Positions 49,436 through 60,891 of a stretch of 64,000 nt of DNA are shown here, one piece after another. Numbering within the stretch: position 1 is the stretch's first letter; each line of letters starts with the position of its first letter. The translations under genes and the position numbers were made by a program. Source of the DNA: an uncultured Desulfurococcales archaeon (lineage in GTDB: Archaea; Thermoproteota; Thermoprotei_A; EX4484-217-1); the NCBI GenBank assembly GCA_964564025.1, contig CAZLZO010000006.1:585-64584 (forward strand). Reading direction: 5' to 3'. The notes under the pieces were generated by a model. That model made no database searches, was not told the origin of the DNA, and worked only from the letters and a program-made list of their open reading frames with translations.

Positions 49436-49783
49436 CTAATCTATGAGAATCACTATTTTCTTCACATTAGTTTTAGATATCTTCTTCACTCCTCTTCTTC
49501 CAGGCTCATACACTGATTTCACAAGTCCTGCTGCTTCTAGAATACGTATTTGAGCACTAGCGTTTGCTTTGCTTTGAGATATTAACTCTGCTGCCTCCCC
49601 CACATTTGCTCCTTTATTACGTAAGAAGCGTAGTATTTTTAATCTCGTAGGTGATGATAAAGCGGAAGCTATCCTCCTAATATATTCATCGCCTCTAACA
49701 ACAACAAAGTCTGCAAATTCGTAAACACCAGGTGTTTTAGGTACTTCTACTTTTATTTCAATACTTTCTTTTTCCTGCATCAA
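49436..49783 (-). CDS. ArsR-family HTH regulator
   Basis: ALSSPTRLKIL..L, S...AS.....LE.AGLV. Confidence 0.85.
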   Translation of the reverse strand: MMQEKESIEIKVEVPKTPGVYEFADFVVVRGDEYIRRIASALSSPTRLKILRFLRNKGANVGEAAELISQSKANASAQIRILEAAGLVKSVYEPGRRGVKKISKTNVKKIVILID

Positions 49784-49942
49784 TACTCACCATGTATTCT
49801 ATGTTTTTCAACTTATTAAAAGTTTAGATCAGTAAGATTACAGTTTAATCATTGTCATCAGAATGAATACATGTTTTAAGCGGAGATACTTTAATAGTAC
49901 ATGCTAACTAAACTATGTTTAGAAGGGTGTAGTTAAGGGAAA

Positions 49943-50839
49943 ATGTTCAGAAACCCTGGAGAAGCATATAGAGTGCTTAGTAAGAGAGACCTACTAGTTC
50001 TTAGAATTATAGAGAGGTTCATGAAACAATATGAGTATGTTCCATTAGAACTAATAGTGTCTAAAGCTAAACTTCCCGATAAGGAAGTTTCACTATCGCT
50101 AATTAAACTAAATAAGTTAAAACTAGTTAGACGTTACAGAGGAGAGTATACAGGCTACTTACTAACATACTTAGGTTATGATTGCTTAGCAATAGATGAT
50201 CTTGTGAAGAGAAACATTGTTTATGCATTAGGACCAAAGCTTGGCGTAGGTAAGGAAGCAGATCTTTTTAAGGCGCTTTCACCGGTGAATGAGAGAATAG
50301 TTGTAAAGTTCCATAGAATAGGCAGGTCAAGTTTTAAACAAACCCGTAAATTTAGACCTTACGTTGAGAATAAGCCTCATATATCATGGCTTCTTCAATC
50401 AACAATCTCAGCCGAAAGAGAGTTTAGAGCGCTTATAGAGTGTGAGAAAGCAGGTGTTAATGTTCCTAAAGCTTTAGGTAGAAGCAGACATGTTGTAGTA
50501 ATGAAGCATATTGAAGGAGTTCTTCTATATAAATACCGTAGTCCTCAAAACCCTGAATCAACACTCTTAGAAATAATTGAAAGCATTAGGAAAGCATTCT
50601 TGGAAGTAGGTATAGTGCATGGTGATTTAAGCGAGTTTAACGTAATGATAGAGTTTAACACTGAAAAACCCATAATAATAGATTGGCCCCAATATGTTGA
50701 GAAAGATCATCCAAGCGCTCAAATGCTTCTTGAAAGAGACGTTAAATACATTACATGGTTTTTCAAGAAAAAATTTAAGGTAGAGTTAGAGTTAGAAAAA
50801 GCTCTTAGATATGTGAGGGGGGAAAGTGAGTCACTCTAG
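49943..50839 (+). CDS. rio2: RIO2 atypical protein kinase
   Basis: N-terminal wH, GVGKEAD, VKFHRIGR.SF, VHGDLSEFN, IIDWPQ. Confidence 0.95.
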   Translation: MFRNPGEAYRVLSKRDLLVLRIIERFMKQYEYVPLELIVSKAKLPDKEVSLSLIKLNKLKLVRRYRGEYTGYLLTYLGYDCLAIDDLVKRNIVYALGPKLGVGKEADLFKALSPVNERIVVKFHRIGRSSFKQTRKFRPYVENKPHISWLLQSTISAEREFRALIECEKAGVNVPKALGRSRHVVVMKHIEGVLLYKYRSPQNPESTLLEIIESIRKAFLEVGIVHGDLSEFNVMIEFNTEKPIIIDWPQYVEKDHPSAQMLLERDVKYITWFFKKKFKVELELEKALRYVRGESESL

Positions 50840-52859
50840 AGAAAAAGTAGTGTTTGGAATAGACATACTTCCTTCAAGCTCTCCTGCATCTTCAAAGGAA
50901 CCTCATTACGCCTTGGTTATCCTTAGGAATGGGGAAGTTTTTGATAAAAACCCTAATGTGGCTTTGCGCCGAATCATTAGGTTAGCTTGGGAATATAGGC
51001 CTTCAATAATAGGTGTAGATAACATATATGAGCTTGGAGAAAACGAAAGAAGCGTAGTTAAGATTATTAGTCTTCTTCCTCCTGAAACCTCTGTTGTTCA
51101 AGTTAATGTTGACGAGGATAAAGTAAGTAAGCTCTGGGAAAAGGCTAAGGAAGCAAATCTAATATCAGAATACAGTAAGTTTCCGCCTTTAAAAACAGCG
51201 TATTTAGTAGCTAAACTAGCTGACATGGGTTATGGATTGAAGATAAGGGTTTTTGAAGAGAAAACGAAAATCATAATCTCTAAAGGAAGAAGCTTAGGTT
51301 CAGGAGGCATGAGTCAAGGTAGATACCAGAGGCATATTAGAGGGCTCATACTTCAAGCCGTAAGAAAAATTAAAGAAGCTCTTGACGAACATGGATTAGA
51401 CTATGACATGGTTGTTAGAAAAAGCGAGAGCGGATATGATGGTGCTGTATTCATAGTTTACGCTCCTAGAGAGAAGCTTTATGGAATAGTTTCTTCAATG
51501 AAAGGACATGACATAAGGGTAATAATAAAGCCTGTTTATAAGGAGAAAATAGAGTTTGAAACTGTAAAGAAGCATGTAAGAAGAAAACCCCTCATAGTAG
51601 GCATAGATCCTGGAATATTCACCGGAGTAGCAATACTTGATTTGGATGGGAATGTACTAGATGTTTTTAGCGGGAAAAACATTGATAGATACGATATTAT
51701 AAGGAGAATTGAAGAGTACGGTAAACCATTAATCATAGCATCAGATGTTTCACCTCCTCCGGATACTCTAGAAAAACTTTCAACAACGTTTAATGCTAAA
51801 TTATATGTTCCACCTGAAAGTCTCTCTCAAAGCGAGAAAGAGGATCTTGTCAAAACTTATTTGCAAAAAATAGGTAGTGCTATTTCCGTAACAGATAGTC
51901 ATCAGAGAGACGCTTTAGCTGCAGCACTATATGCACTAAGGTTCTTTAAGCAGAAGTTTGAACAAATAGATAATTATCTCAAAAAACTGGACCTTGACCT
52001 AGATGTAGACAAGATACGTGCCGATGTAGTTAAGGGAGCCACAATAGCTTCAGCAATAGAGAAGGAAATATATAGAAAACTTTCTCATGAACTTAGACAG
52101 AAAACTATTGAAGAGAAAAAGTATAGACAGAAGCAACATAAAGAAACTAATATAGAATCATTATTAGGGGAAGTTGAAAAGCTTGAAAAAGAGAAGGCGT
52201 TACTTAAAGAGAAATTAAAACAAGCTAAAGATGAAATATATGAGCTTAAAAGGCAACTAGATAGTTATCATAGACAAACAAATATTCAGTTAAAAGCCAT
52301 AAGAGAAATACAGTCGCTTTCTGAAGAGGTTAGAAGACTCAGCGAGGAATTGAAGAAAGCTGAGAGGGAAAATGCTGAGTTAAGGGAGAAACTAAGAAAG
52401 TTTGAAAATGTTTTAAGAGAAGTTTCGAAAGGCAACTATAAGATAGCTAAAACGATCACTACATTAACGCTGACATCACTATCTAAAATGGAAAGGGATT
52501 ATGGAGAATTGAAAGATGATGACTTAATTTATGTTTTAAACCCAACGTTCATTCAAGAAGAAGCTGTAGAGAGAGTAGTTAAAGAAAATGTGTTGGCAAT
52601 ACTTGCCGAAAAACCAACTGAAGAATTCAAGAACACCTTAGAGTCAAAAGCCGTGCCTGTAATAGAACTTAGCGAAGTAAGAGATTTCATTACTAAACTA
52701 GGGGATATGTTAATGTTTAAAAACGAGCTCGTTGAAGAAGCAAAGGCGAGGAAGAAAGCTCTCAGAGAACTAATGCTTAAAAGAACAACTATTGATTTAG
52801 AAAAAATCGTTAAGGAATATAGAAGCGAGCGATGGGGGTTCCCTTCTAAAACACTTTAA
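50826..52859 (+). CDS. DUF460 domain protein (RNase H-like folds plus coiled coil)
   Basis: [34 protein letters not shown], long coiled coil. Confidence 0.88.
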   Translation: MSHSREKVVFGIDILPSSSPASSKEPHYALVILRNGEVFDKNPNVALRRIIRLAWEYRPSIIGVDNIYELGENERSVVKIISLLPPETSVVQVNVDEDKVSKLWEKAKEANLISEYSKFPPLKTAYLVAKLADMGYGLKIRVFEEKTKIIISKGRSLGSGGMSQGRYQRHIRGLILQAVRKIKEALDEHGLDYDMVVRKSESGYDGAVFIVYAPREKLYGIVSSMKGHDIRVIIKPVYKEKIEFETVKKHVRRKPLIVGIDPGIFTGVAILDLDGNVLDVFSGKNIDRYDIIRRIEEYGKPLIIASDVSPPPDTLEKLSTTFNAKLYVPPESLSQSEKEDLVKTYLQKIGSAISVTDSHQRDALAAALYALRFFKQKFEQIDNYLKKLDLDLDVDKIRADVVKGATIASAIEKEIYRKLSHELRQKTIEEKKYRQKQHKETNIESLLGEVEKLEKEKALLKEKLKQAKDEIYELKRQLDSYHRQTNIQLKAIREIQSLSEEVRRLSEELKKAERENAELREKLRKFENVLREVSKGNYKIAKTITTLTLTSLSKMERDYGELKDDDLIYVLNPTFIQEEAVERVVKENVLAILAEKPTEEFKNTLESKAVPVIELSEVRDFITKLGDMLMFKNELVEEAKARKKALRELMLKRTTIDLEKIVKEYRSERWGFPSKTL

Positions 52860-54060
52860 CCTTACCCTCTAAAACCTCTTTTGAAATCTTGACTACATTA
52901 TCTATTTCCTCTATAGCTATAGATTCTACCTCATTTTTAATATTCTGTGGAAGTTCTTCGACATCACCTATAACTTTAATGTTCGCCATCCATGGATCAT
53001 TTATTGGTCTGCCTATTTGGCTTAAAAGTTCAACATAAACTTCTTTTATTTTGGGTATTTCCTTAACAATTTTATTAGCTATTTTCTGTGCTAAAATATT
53101 ATAAATCTTGCCTACATGGCTTACTGGGTTTTTTCCTGCAGCTGCTTCTAAAGACATAGGTCTATTGGGTGTAATAAGTCCATTAACTCTATTTCCTCTG
53201 CCTGTTGAGCCGTCATCTCCGTGTTCAGCTGATGTTCCAGTTACTGTAATGTAAACTATTCCTTTCTCAGGTTTATCGCCAGTATTTAAGTGAACAGTAA
53301 CCTCATAATCGGGAATATATCTTTCAGCAAGTTTCTTAATCTCCTCAATAACCTGTTCTTTCACAGAAATGTAATGGTCGAGATCAGGTATTAGTCTGGA
53401 AATCATTGCTGCAGCAACAGTTAACTCTACTTTATCTCCTTTTCGCAAACCCATTACCTTAATATCTTCACCGACTTCAGGAAGTTTTCTTTTAAACTCT
53501 TTCGAATTAAGGTATCTTTCAACATTTAATACAAGGTTTTCTAGGGGAGTTAGAGGAGCAAAAGCTACACCAACAGAGGTATCATTTGCTAAGGGGACCT
53601 TCTTACCTAGTTCAAAAATTCTAACAAGATCTGCAGAGCCTTTACCTATTTTGTAGTCAACAATTACATGTTTTTCAGGATCTAAAAATCTAAAGTTACT
53701 CTTAATCCATTCTTTAACAGATTCAACAACTATTCTACCTACAGGAACGGGCTCTATCTTCCCTTCACGAATAACCTCTGTTGTTGCTCTACCTGAAACA
53801 ATAATGTATATGGGATGAAGAACTTCACCACCACCAAATACGGGATTAGCTTGACCTCCAACTAAAAGTGTTTTATCAAGATTATGGTGAAGTATTATAC
53901 CAAAGTTCTCTAAATAGTATTTTGAAAGACTCCTACTAGCTTCTTCGGAAACAGCGTCAGCAATGTAATCGGGATGGCCTAAACCCTTTCTTTCAACAAA
54001 CTCAACATAAAATTCAGCCGTTGATTTTCTTTTCTCGTACTCAACAATAATGTTTTTCAT
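52846..54060 (-). CDS. mat: archaeal S-adenosylmethionine synthetase
   Basis: [51 protein letters not shown]. Confidence 0.97.
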   Translation of the reverse strand: MKNIIVEYEKRKSTAEFYVEFVERKGLGHPDYIADAVSEEASRSLSKYYLENFGIILHHNLDKTLLVGGQANPVFGGGEVLHPIYIIVSGRATTEVIREGKIEPVPVGRIVVESVKEWIKSNFRFLDPEKHVIVDYKIGKGSADLVRIFELGKKVPLANDTSVGVAFAPLTPLENLVLNVERYLNSKEFKRKLPEVGEDIKVMGLRKGDKVELTVAAAMISRLIPDLDHYISVKEQVIEEIKKLAERYIPDYEVTVHLNTGDKPEKGIVYITVTGTSAEHGDDGSTGRGNRVNGLITPNRPMSLEAAAGKNPVSHVGKIYNILAQKIANKIVKEIPKIKEVYVELLSQIGRPINDPWMANIKVIGDVEELPQNIKNEVESIAIEEIDNVVKISKEVLEGKVKVF

Positions 54061-54199
54061 AGCATACCCCGCTTAACATTAAAAATAATGCTGTTTAAAA
54101 ATTTATCTAAGAAACACTGTGCAGAATATTATTCTCAGTAATAAATATTTTTATTACTCATTTTAACTATTTCGGAAATACTAACTAGCTTATTTTAGT

Positions 54200-54442
54200 T
54201 TATGGCTGATAATCTGTGTTAATAAATAAAATGTTACTGCCTCGAACAAGTACTCTACCATATTTAGCTATAGGTTCTGATGAGCCCTCTTTAACCTCTA
54301 CACAATCACTTAATAAGAGGTTCATAGTGTTATCACATTGTTCAAGTCTTCCAATATATTCTGAACCATCTTTTAACCTTACTAGAACGGTGTTGTTTAT
54401 TGCGCTTCTTAAGTATTTTAGCGGTGAATCCATAGGCTTCAT
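54200..54442 (-). CDS. Sm-like archaeal protein (SmAP/LSm)
   Basis: V.V.LKDG..Y.G.L...[12 protein letters not shown]. Confidence 0.93.
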   Translation of the reverse strand: MKPMDSPLKYLRSAINNTVLVRLKDGSEYIGRLEQCDNTMNLLLSDCVEVKEGSSEPIAKYGRVLVRGSNILFINTDYQP

Positions 54443-54564
54443 AGTTATCTCCTAAAAAACATTTACTGTGTTGTTTCAACTAATGTGTGTAACTATATCT
54501 ACTTCAGAATCCTTTTGATAAGAGGTATTTAAAAGTTTAGGTACAAGAGAATGAGGTTAAAATG

Positions 54565-55080
54565 TCAGATAACGTATATTATGTCATATTTTTCCTCAAA
54601 AACTTCTTTTCCTTTAACGTTAATGTTTATATTTACTTTTTTAGGAACAGATATAACCGCTATAGAGGACTTACTTCTTAAAGTTCTCTTCACTTCTAAT
54701 ATCGCAAGCTCTACATCAGGTACATTTTGAAACGTTGTAAACGATAAAATGAAGTCGAAGCACTTATTTCTAAACGGTAAAAACTCCGCATCACCCTGTA
54801 ATAAATCAGACAAAATAACAGTGTTTCTCTTGATTTTTCTTTTTGCTATTTTAAGCATGTTTATGCTTAAATCTAAACCTACATAGTATGTTAAGCAGTT
54901 TTCATCCAACATTTTTAAGGCAAATTCGTATAGTAAGCTTGTTCCGCAACCTAAATCTAAAACAGTAGTTTTCCCCTTAAAGGCCATTTTAACAATGCTC
55001 AGTACAGTCATGTATTTTCCGTACTGTTCCTCTCTATGAAGCTTATCATATGATGAAAACGTAGTATCGTACTTTCTCAT
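54565..55080 (-). CDS. class I SAM-dependent methyltransferase
   Basis: VLDLGCGT, GLDLS..ML, GDAEFLPF....FD; start moved to the ATG at 55080 to avoid a 62-bp overlap with nucS. Confidence 0.88.
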   Translation of the reverse strand: MRKYDTTFSSYDKLHREEQYGKYMTVLSIVKMAFKGKTTVLDLGCGTSLLYEFALKMLDENCLTYYVGLDLSINMLKIAKRKIKRNTVILSDLLQGDAEFLPFRNKCFDFILSFTTFQNVPDVELAILEVKRTLRSKSSIAVISVPKKVNININVKGKEVFEEKYDIIYVI

Positions 55081-55090
55081 CACATCTAGT

Positions 55091-55885
55091 TTATGTTTTA
55101 CCTTTTCCGAGAAACTCAAGTATTCCTCTACGTTCTGCTTTCTTCTTAGCATATTCCAGAATCACCTTCAAATTTATTTGTTTGAATTCTAATTTCTCTT
55201 TTAAAAGGAGCTCATAGGCTTTAGATGTTATTGAAGGTGCAGTAATTATTCCTCTAATTCTCTTAGAACCCATATGCTTTCTTAATGCCTCAATGTACTT
55301 CTTAAGCTGTCTTACTGCATCAACTCTAGCTGTTGACCTCTTAATTTCAACTACAACAACGTTTCCACGCTTATCTCTTAAGTATAAATCAATAAATCCC
55401 GGTTCAACTTTTTTCTCAATATCTATCGTAACGAAGTCTTCACCTAACAGTGAAGGGTTGGATGCTAAAACATCTCTTATTTCCCTTTCTGAAACATGCA
55501 TATAGAATGCTCCATAATCGTGGAGAATAGAAGTTACTATTAAAGATATTTCGGAAGCTCTAACAATAACTGCCTCTCTAGGCTTAGCTCTAATAGCTCT
55601 AATTATAACCTTCTCTTCTTCTTCATCGAAGGAAACATCAATATACGATGTTTCTGGTTGCCAATTCACTGGAGAATGTCCGGTGGGTCTATGAATTAAG
55701 AATGCTCCATCGGACTTAATTATTATTTGTCTTTCTCCTTCCTCAAGCTTAGAAGACGATCTACCGAAATATTCTACATCACATTTAGCTATAATGTAAA
55801 TATTCTTTTTGCTCTTAATACCTTTCCTTAAAATTTCCGCAGCCTCTCTTAGATCTAGGTCCTTGTAAACATCTACTTTAGCCAT
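55091..55885 (-). CDS. nucS: mismatch endonuclease NucS/EndoMS
   Basis: C.V.Y.GR..S.L..G.R, KSDGAFLIH, PVNWQP, G.IDL, VVEIKR, QL..Y. Confidence 0.95.
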   Translation of the reverse strand: MAKVDVYKDLDLREAAEILRKGIKSKKNIYIIAKCDVEYFGRSSSKLEEGERQIIIKSDGAFLIHRPTGHSPVNWQPETSYIDVSFDEEEEKVIIRAIRAKPREAVIVRASEISLIVTSILHDYGAFYMHVSEREIRDVLASNPSLLGEDFVTIDIEKKVEPGFIDLYLRDKRGNVVVVEIKRSTARVDAVRQLKKYIEALRKHMGSKRIRGIITAPSITSKAYELLLKEKLEFKQINLKVILEYAKKKAERRGILEFLGKGKT

Positions 55886-55982
55886 AACTTACCTTCTCCA
55901 AGTGTTTACTCATTAGAAACATCTATTTAAGCGAAGTTGTACAATCTCCCTTACTAGGAATAGGTGGGAAAGGGAAATTATT

Positions 55983-56624
55983 TTGAAAAAAGCTATTTTC
56001 ATAATAGAGCATTTAGAGGAAAAATTAGGACAGTGGATACTTTTAGAATATGAAAATGTAGCTAAAATAGTCGGTAAAGAGAATCTCATAGTAACAAACA
56101 TTAAAGACAACAAGGAAATACTAACTAAAATAGCTAATACTATTGTTTCGGAAAGCGCTGTAGAGTTTTTGAACAAATTTAAATCGGGGAACATCATAGT
56201 TTTAGACCCTCAAGCAGAAAGAGTCTTGGAACCTGAAGACTTCGTCGGAAACAGGTTAAACACTGTAATAGTAGGGGGGATATTAGGGGATCACCCACCT
56301 AAAGGTAGAACACGTGAACTACTTACCAAAAAGTTTCTGAAGAAAAATTATGAAGTTAAAGTAAGGCATTTAGGTAAAGAACAATTAACCATAGATGGAG
56401 CAGTTTACGTAGCTTACCAAATACTTAAGGGTAAAAGAATTTCAGAAATACCTTTCACTATTGGACTAACTATTATACGTAAAGTAGGTTATGTGGAACA
56501 TGAAATCATACTGCCTTACAAATACCCTTTAGTTAACGGTAAACCTTTAGTTAACCCTAAGCTCATAAATTACCTAACTAAAGGAATAGTTGTTGATGAA
56601 ATAAAGCAGCTGGGTAAGCCATGA
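55983..56624 (+). CDS. SPOUT methyltransferase, Sfm1-like
   Basis: IEHLE....W..LEY, LDPQAE..L.PED, VGGILGDHPP..RT, RHLG..QLTIDGAV. Confidence 0.88.
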   Translation: MKKAIFIIEHLEEKLGQWILLEYENVAKIVGKENLIVTNIKDNKEILTKIANTIVSESAVEFLNKFKSGNIIVLDPQAERVLEPEDFVGNRLNTVIVGGILGDHPPKGRTRELLTKKFLKKNYEVKVRHLGKEQLTIDGAVYVAYQILKGKRISEIPFTIGLTIIRKVGYVEHEIILPYKYPLVNGKPLVNPKLINYLTKGIVVDEIKQLGKP

Positions 56625-58606
56625 AGAACTCTATGAGTACACTGGATATTTATGTGTGGATAGAGAAATGGGGTAAAAGTATTGAGAAATGCTTTGTAGA
56701 TAACATTTATAGTTTAGAAAATAACATCCTAGTTTTCAAACTTAATTGTAAAGGTAAGGCAGAAAACCCCATGATTCTCATTGAAGCATCTAAAAGAATT
56801 CACTTAACAAAACATGTCATAGTAGGGAAGTCTAAACATACCCCTTTAATTCAAGCTATGAGGAAAAGACTTAGAAACGCAATATTGGAAAGCATTGAGC
56901 AACTAGGTTGGGAGAGAATTGTTAAATTAGTGTTTAAAAAACATAGTGAAACATACTTTGTTTATTTAGAAATTATACCCCGTGGGGTAATAGTCCTAAC
57001 AGATTCTGAAAACACAATAATCTATGCTTCAAAATTCGTTAAAATGAAGGACCGTTCAATAGTGCCTAAGGGAAAATACTCCTTACCTCCAGCTAAAGGC
57101 ATGAACCCATTAGCTGAACCTATCGAAAAATTATACAACGTCTTTTCAGGAGAAAAGAATGTTTCAAAAGGCTTTATCAAGTGCTTTGGAGTACCTAGTG
57201 AGATTATTAACGAAATACTCTTTCGATTAAATATGGGTAAGGACAAAGATAAATGGTCTTTTAAAGATTTTCTAAAGGCATATAGTGTTTTTAAAGAAAT
57301 AATTGATGAATCTATGGAGGGTAAAGGGTACATTGTTAAGACAGACAAAGGAAACTATGTAACTGTAACACCATTTAAACCTAAGCATATAGAGAAGCAT
57401 GTTGTTGAGGAATATTCTGATTTTAATGAAGCTCTTGACGAATACTTTACTGAAGTACTCAAGCAAGCTAGAATGATGGAGATGATAAAAGCTAAGCATG
57501 ATGAAGTAACGAGGCTTGAAAAGTCCATAGAGGAAGCACTTAAAGTAAAGGAGAAGTATGCTGAAGAAGCTGAGATTTGTAGAAGAATGGGAGATTTAAT
57601 AATGCATTACATGAATGATGTAGCATTAATTATTAATTGCTTAAGAAGTAAAAATATTAGAAAACTTGAACCCAATGATGCTGTTAAAGCGTGTAATAAG
57701 GTTTCAAGGAAGCTAAGGATTCTTGAATATCTTAAAGATAAAGGGAAAGTCGTTGTTGAAGCGGATAATGTGAAAATCCCTATTGACATAAGGTTGTCAC
57801 CTTATGAGAATGCCGCAAAATACTATGAGAAAGCTAAGGAGAGGAAGCGAAAAGCAAGTAAGGTTGATGAAAAAGTATTTGAACTTAAGATGAAACTTAA
57901 AAGGCTTCTTGAAGAAGAAGCGTTTACTGTAGAAGAAGAGAAAGCTAGAATTAAAAGGAGAGAGTGGTTTGAAAAATATCACTGGACTATATCTAAGGAT
58001 GGATACTTAATTTTAGGAGGGAGAGATGCTAGTCAAAATGAAAGTTTAGTAAGGAAGCTCTTAGAACCTAATGACATATTTATGCATGCAGATATTCATG
58101 GAGCCTCTGCAGTCATAATTAAGTCTAAGGGCAAAGCTTCGGAGGAAGCATTAAAGGAAGCTGCAGTAATTGCCGCTTCATATTCTAAAGCGTGGAAGGA
58201 GGGATTGGCATCAATAGACGTATATTGGGTTTGGGGAGATCAGGTTTCTAAGAAGCCTCCAGCCGGAGAATACTTAACTAAAGGGGCATTCATGATTTAT
58301 GGTAAGAAGAATTATATTAGAAATGTTCCACTAGAATTAGCTTTAGGATTGCAGGTAATAAATGATTCTTTAAGAGTAATTGTGGGTTCTGAACAGAATG
58401 TTAAGGAAAAAGCCATAGCTTACGTAATATTGTCTCCAGGTAGTGAAGAGCCCTATAAGCTTGCTAAGAGAATTAAGAAAATTTTCTACGAAAAGCTTCC
58501 AGAAAGCTTCAGGGCAAAAGTTAAAGTGGTTTCTGAAGAGGAAATAGCAAGGGAGATTCCAGGTTTATCTACCATTAGAAAAGTTGTTATTCTATTGTCT
58601 TCTTAG
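56621..58606 (+). CDS. rqcH: ribosome quality-control factor Rqc2/NEMF (NFACT domains)
   Basis: MS.LD, LRKRL.N, QLGWERIV, WFEKYHW, GGRDASQNE, MHADIHGAS, YL.KGAFMIYGKKNY. Confidence 0.95.
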   Translation: MKNSMSTLDIYVWIEKWGKSIEKCFVDNIYSLENNILVFKLNCKGKAENPMILIEASKRIHLTKHVIVGKSKHTPLIQAMRKRLRNAILESIEQLGWERIVKLVFKKHSETYFVYLEIIPRGVIVLTDSENTIIYASKFVKMKDRSIVPKGKYSLPPAKGMNPLAEPIEKLYNVFSGEKNVSKGFIKCFGVPSEIINEILFRLNMGKDKDKWSFKDFLKAYSVFKEIIDESMEGKGYIVKTDKGNYVTVTPFKPKHIEKHVVEEYSDFNEALDEYFTEVLKQARMMEMIKAKHDEVTRLEKSIEEALKVKEKYAEEAEICRRMGDLIMHYMNDVALIINCLRSKNIRKLEPNDAVKACNKVSRKLRILEYLKDKGKVVVEADNVKIPIDIRLSPYENAAKYYEKAKERKRKASKVDEKVFELKMKLKRLLEEEAFTVEEEKARIKRREWFEKYHWTISKDGYLILGGRDASQNESLVRKLLEPNDIFMHADIHGASAVIIKSKGKASEEALKEAAVIAASYSKAWKEGLASIDVYWVWGDQVSKKPPAGEYLTKGAFMIYGKKNYIRNVPLELALGLQVINDSLRVIVGSEQNVKEKAIAYVILSPGSEEPYKLAKRIKKIFYEKLPESFRAKVKVVSEEEIAREIPGLSTIRKVVILLSS

Positions 58607-58629
58607 CCTTATCTTGTGGTGGAAATTTC

Positions 58630-59058
58630 TTGTCAGAAACAGGAGAAGAAATTCTTGTAGAAGAAATTATGAGTACCCCACCAATAGCAATATCTCCTAA
58701 TGCCTCAGCATCGGAAGTAGCTAAAATTATGACTGAGAAGAAAATAGGTTGTTTAATTGTTGTAGAAAACAAGAGAGTTGTAGGAATAGTTACGAGAAGG
58801 GATCTTGTTGAAAAGGTTTTAGCTAAGGAAAAGAACCCTGTGAAAACGAGAGTTAGAGAAATTATGTCTACTCCTGTAATATATGTTAAACCTGGAACAC
58901 CAATTTTAGAGGTTGCTAAAATTATGTCGCGACATGATATAAGGCATGTCCCCGTTATAAATAATAGAGGCCTTGTAGGTGTAATTACTGATAAGGACAT
59001 TTTATCAGTAGCACCGGATCTCATAGAGGTACTTACTATTAGAAGGTATACTTCGTGA
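58630..59058 (+). CDS. CBS-domain protein (one CBS pair)
   Basis: V.EIMS.PP, GIVT.RD, IRHVPV, GVITDKD. Confidence 0.93.
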   Translation: MSETGEEILVEEIMSTPPIAISPNASASEVAKIMTEKKIGCLIVVENKRVVGIVTRRDLVEKVLAKEKNPVKTRVREIMSTPVIYVKPGTPILEVAKIMSRHDIRHVPVINNRGLVGVITDKDILSVAPDLIEVLTIRRYTS

Positions 59059-59118
59059 AAGTTTCAAGAAAAATATATTTCGTGCAAAAAGAAACTATAA
59101 TATTTGAGGTAGCTTAGT

Positions 59119-59904
59119 GTGGAACTTCTAAAATATGTTAACGTAAACTATCCTCAATTATCCCCTAATGATTTAGCAACAAAAGCACGTGCCTTAATGA
59201 GAGATTTTGGGTTAAGGATAATACCGATAGTTGAAAATAATAAGTTAGTAGGTATTGTTTATAGAATAAATGTACTTAGCATGACTTCTTCTAAATCTAA
59301 TCTCTTAATAAGAAACATAGTTGATGAATCTAAAATTATTTTGAATCCAAACTTTAGCGTTAGAGTAGCTGTGGAAAACATGCTTAAAGTTGATGAATGG
59401 TATGCTCCAGTAGTTGATGAAAAAGGTAACTTCATTGGAATATTTGAAATAGATAGTGTCATAAGAGAATTTTGTTCAAGAAACATTTTAATAAATAATA
59501 AACCTATTAAGGAGATTATGACAGAAAATGTAATATATGTTAATGAAGATGAGGAGCTTTCTACAGTTTTCTATAAAATGCTTAAGCATCAATATGCGGG
59601 AATGCCTGTAGTTAATAAGAGGAAAAGGGTGGTTGGAATCATAACCCAACATGATCTTTTAAAATCAGGGTTTACGCGTTTACAATTGGAATCTGAAAGA
59701 TCAGGTGGGTATAGATCTATTAAAGCCAGAGACATTATGAGCACAAATATTGTTAAAGTGTCTCCTACGGCTACACTAGGTGAGGTAGCTAAACTTATTG
59801 TAGATAGGGATATAGGTAGGGTAATTGTTGTTAATAAGGAAAACAAGTTACTAGGCATAGTTGATAGAGAGGATATTGTTAAAGCGTATCTTCCCTATAT
59901 TTAA
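59119..59904 (+). CDS. CBS-domain protein (four CBS)
   Basis: Repeated P.V...L.GI motifs, GIITQHDL, GIVDRED. Confidence 0.92.
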   Translation: MELLKYVNVNYPQLSPNDLATKARALMRDFGLRIIPIVENNKLVGIVYRINVLSMTSSKSNLLIRNIVDESKIILNPNFSVRVAVENMLKVDEWYAPVVDEKGNFIGIFEIDSVIREFCSRNILINNKPIKEIMTENVIYVNEDEELSTVFYKMLKHQYAGMPVVNKRKRVVGIITQHDLLKSGFTRLQLESERSGGYRSIKARDIMSTNIVKVSPTATLGEVAKLIVDRDIGRVIVVNKENKLLGIVDREDIVKAYLPYI

Positions 59905-59933
59905 AACTTGGTTAATTAGGAGGTTTCTTTAAA

Positions 59934-60887
59934 TTGTCAAGACCTACGAGATTTGTGAGCCCAAAGAAAAGGAGGTTTCCTGAAGGCCAAAGGTTTTTAA
60001 GAAGTAATGGTAAACCTAGTTTTTCAACTAGGGTTTATGAAAAGCCTGGAGAGCTTTATTTAATAGCTAAGAGGCCAGTAGTTACAATAACGCATGTTGA
60101 ACCTATAGGTAAAGCAGTAAGAACAATGACTAAAAAAGGTTTTCGTAGGCTTCCTGTAACTAAAGCAACAGGTGAGCTTCAAGGCATAATTACAGCAACA
60201 GATATTGTAAACTATTTTGGCGGTGGAGAATACTTTAACATAATAGTTAATAGACATAGTAAAAACATATATAAGGCGTTTGATGAGCCCGTTTCATCAA
60301 TAATGAATAGGAACCCTATCTATGCAACAACAGAAGACACCTTAACCTACGTCATAGAACTCATGGTAAAATACAATGTGGGAGGAATACCCGTTGTTAC
60401 ACCTGATGAAGGAAAAATTTACGGAATAATAACAGAACGTGATGTAATAAATTATCTTGGGGGTAAAGTGTTAGGTATGAAAGTAGCGGAAGTTATGACT
60501 AAGAGTGTAATAACTTTACCTTATGATGCTTCAATCAAGGAAGCAGCTAAAACAATGATAAAAATGGGGTTTAGGAGAATACCATTAGTTGATAGAAACG
60601 GATATGTTAGAGGCTTAATAACTGCAAGAAGTATTGTAAGATTTTTCGGAACAAACAAAGTTTTCGACTATATAGTCACTGGAAACATTGATGAAGTACT
60701 AAGTGTGCCTGCTTATGAAGCAGCTATTCATGAAATAATAACGTTGTCTCCTGATGCTGATGTCGGCGAAGCAGCATCAAAAATGGCTGAAACAGGAATG
60801 GGCTCTGTTCTTGTAGCTAAAGGATCTAGACTTGTAGGAATACTTACTGAAAGAGACATTATGTTACTTCTCGTAATTAAGAGGTGA
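59934..60887 (+). CDS. CBS-domain protein (four CBS, basic N-terminal extension)
   Basis: FRRLPV, GIITATDIVNYFGGG, GIITERD, FRRIP, GILTERD. Confidence 0.93.
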   Translation: MSRPTRFVSPKKRRFPEGQRFLRSNGKPSFSTRVYEKPGELYLIAKRPVVTITHVEPIGKAVRTMTKKGFRRLPVTKATGELQGIITATDIVNYFGGGEYFNIIVNRHSKNIYKAFDEPVSSIMNRNPIYATTEDTLTYVIELMVKYNVGGIPVVTPDEGKIYGIITERDVINYLGGKVLGMKVAEVMTKSVITLPYDASIKEAAKTMIKMGFRRIPLVDRNGYVRGLITARSIVRFFGTNKVFDYIVTGNIDEVLSVPAYEAAIHEIITLSPDADVGEAASKMAETGMGSVLVAKGSRLVGILTERDIMLLLVIKR

Positions 60888-60891
60888 AATA

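Noticed and set aside
49791-49873. Minus-strand TGATGA...CTGA half-motif (49829-49861) and CATGTATTC/GAATACATG inverted repeat
   Set aside because: Only one C/D pair with an AT-rich spacer; the repeat arms are 65 bp apart in AT-rich DNA and compatible with chance
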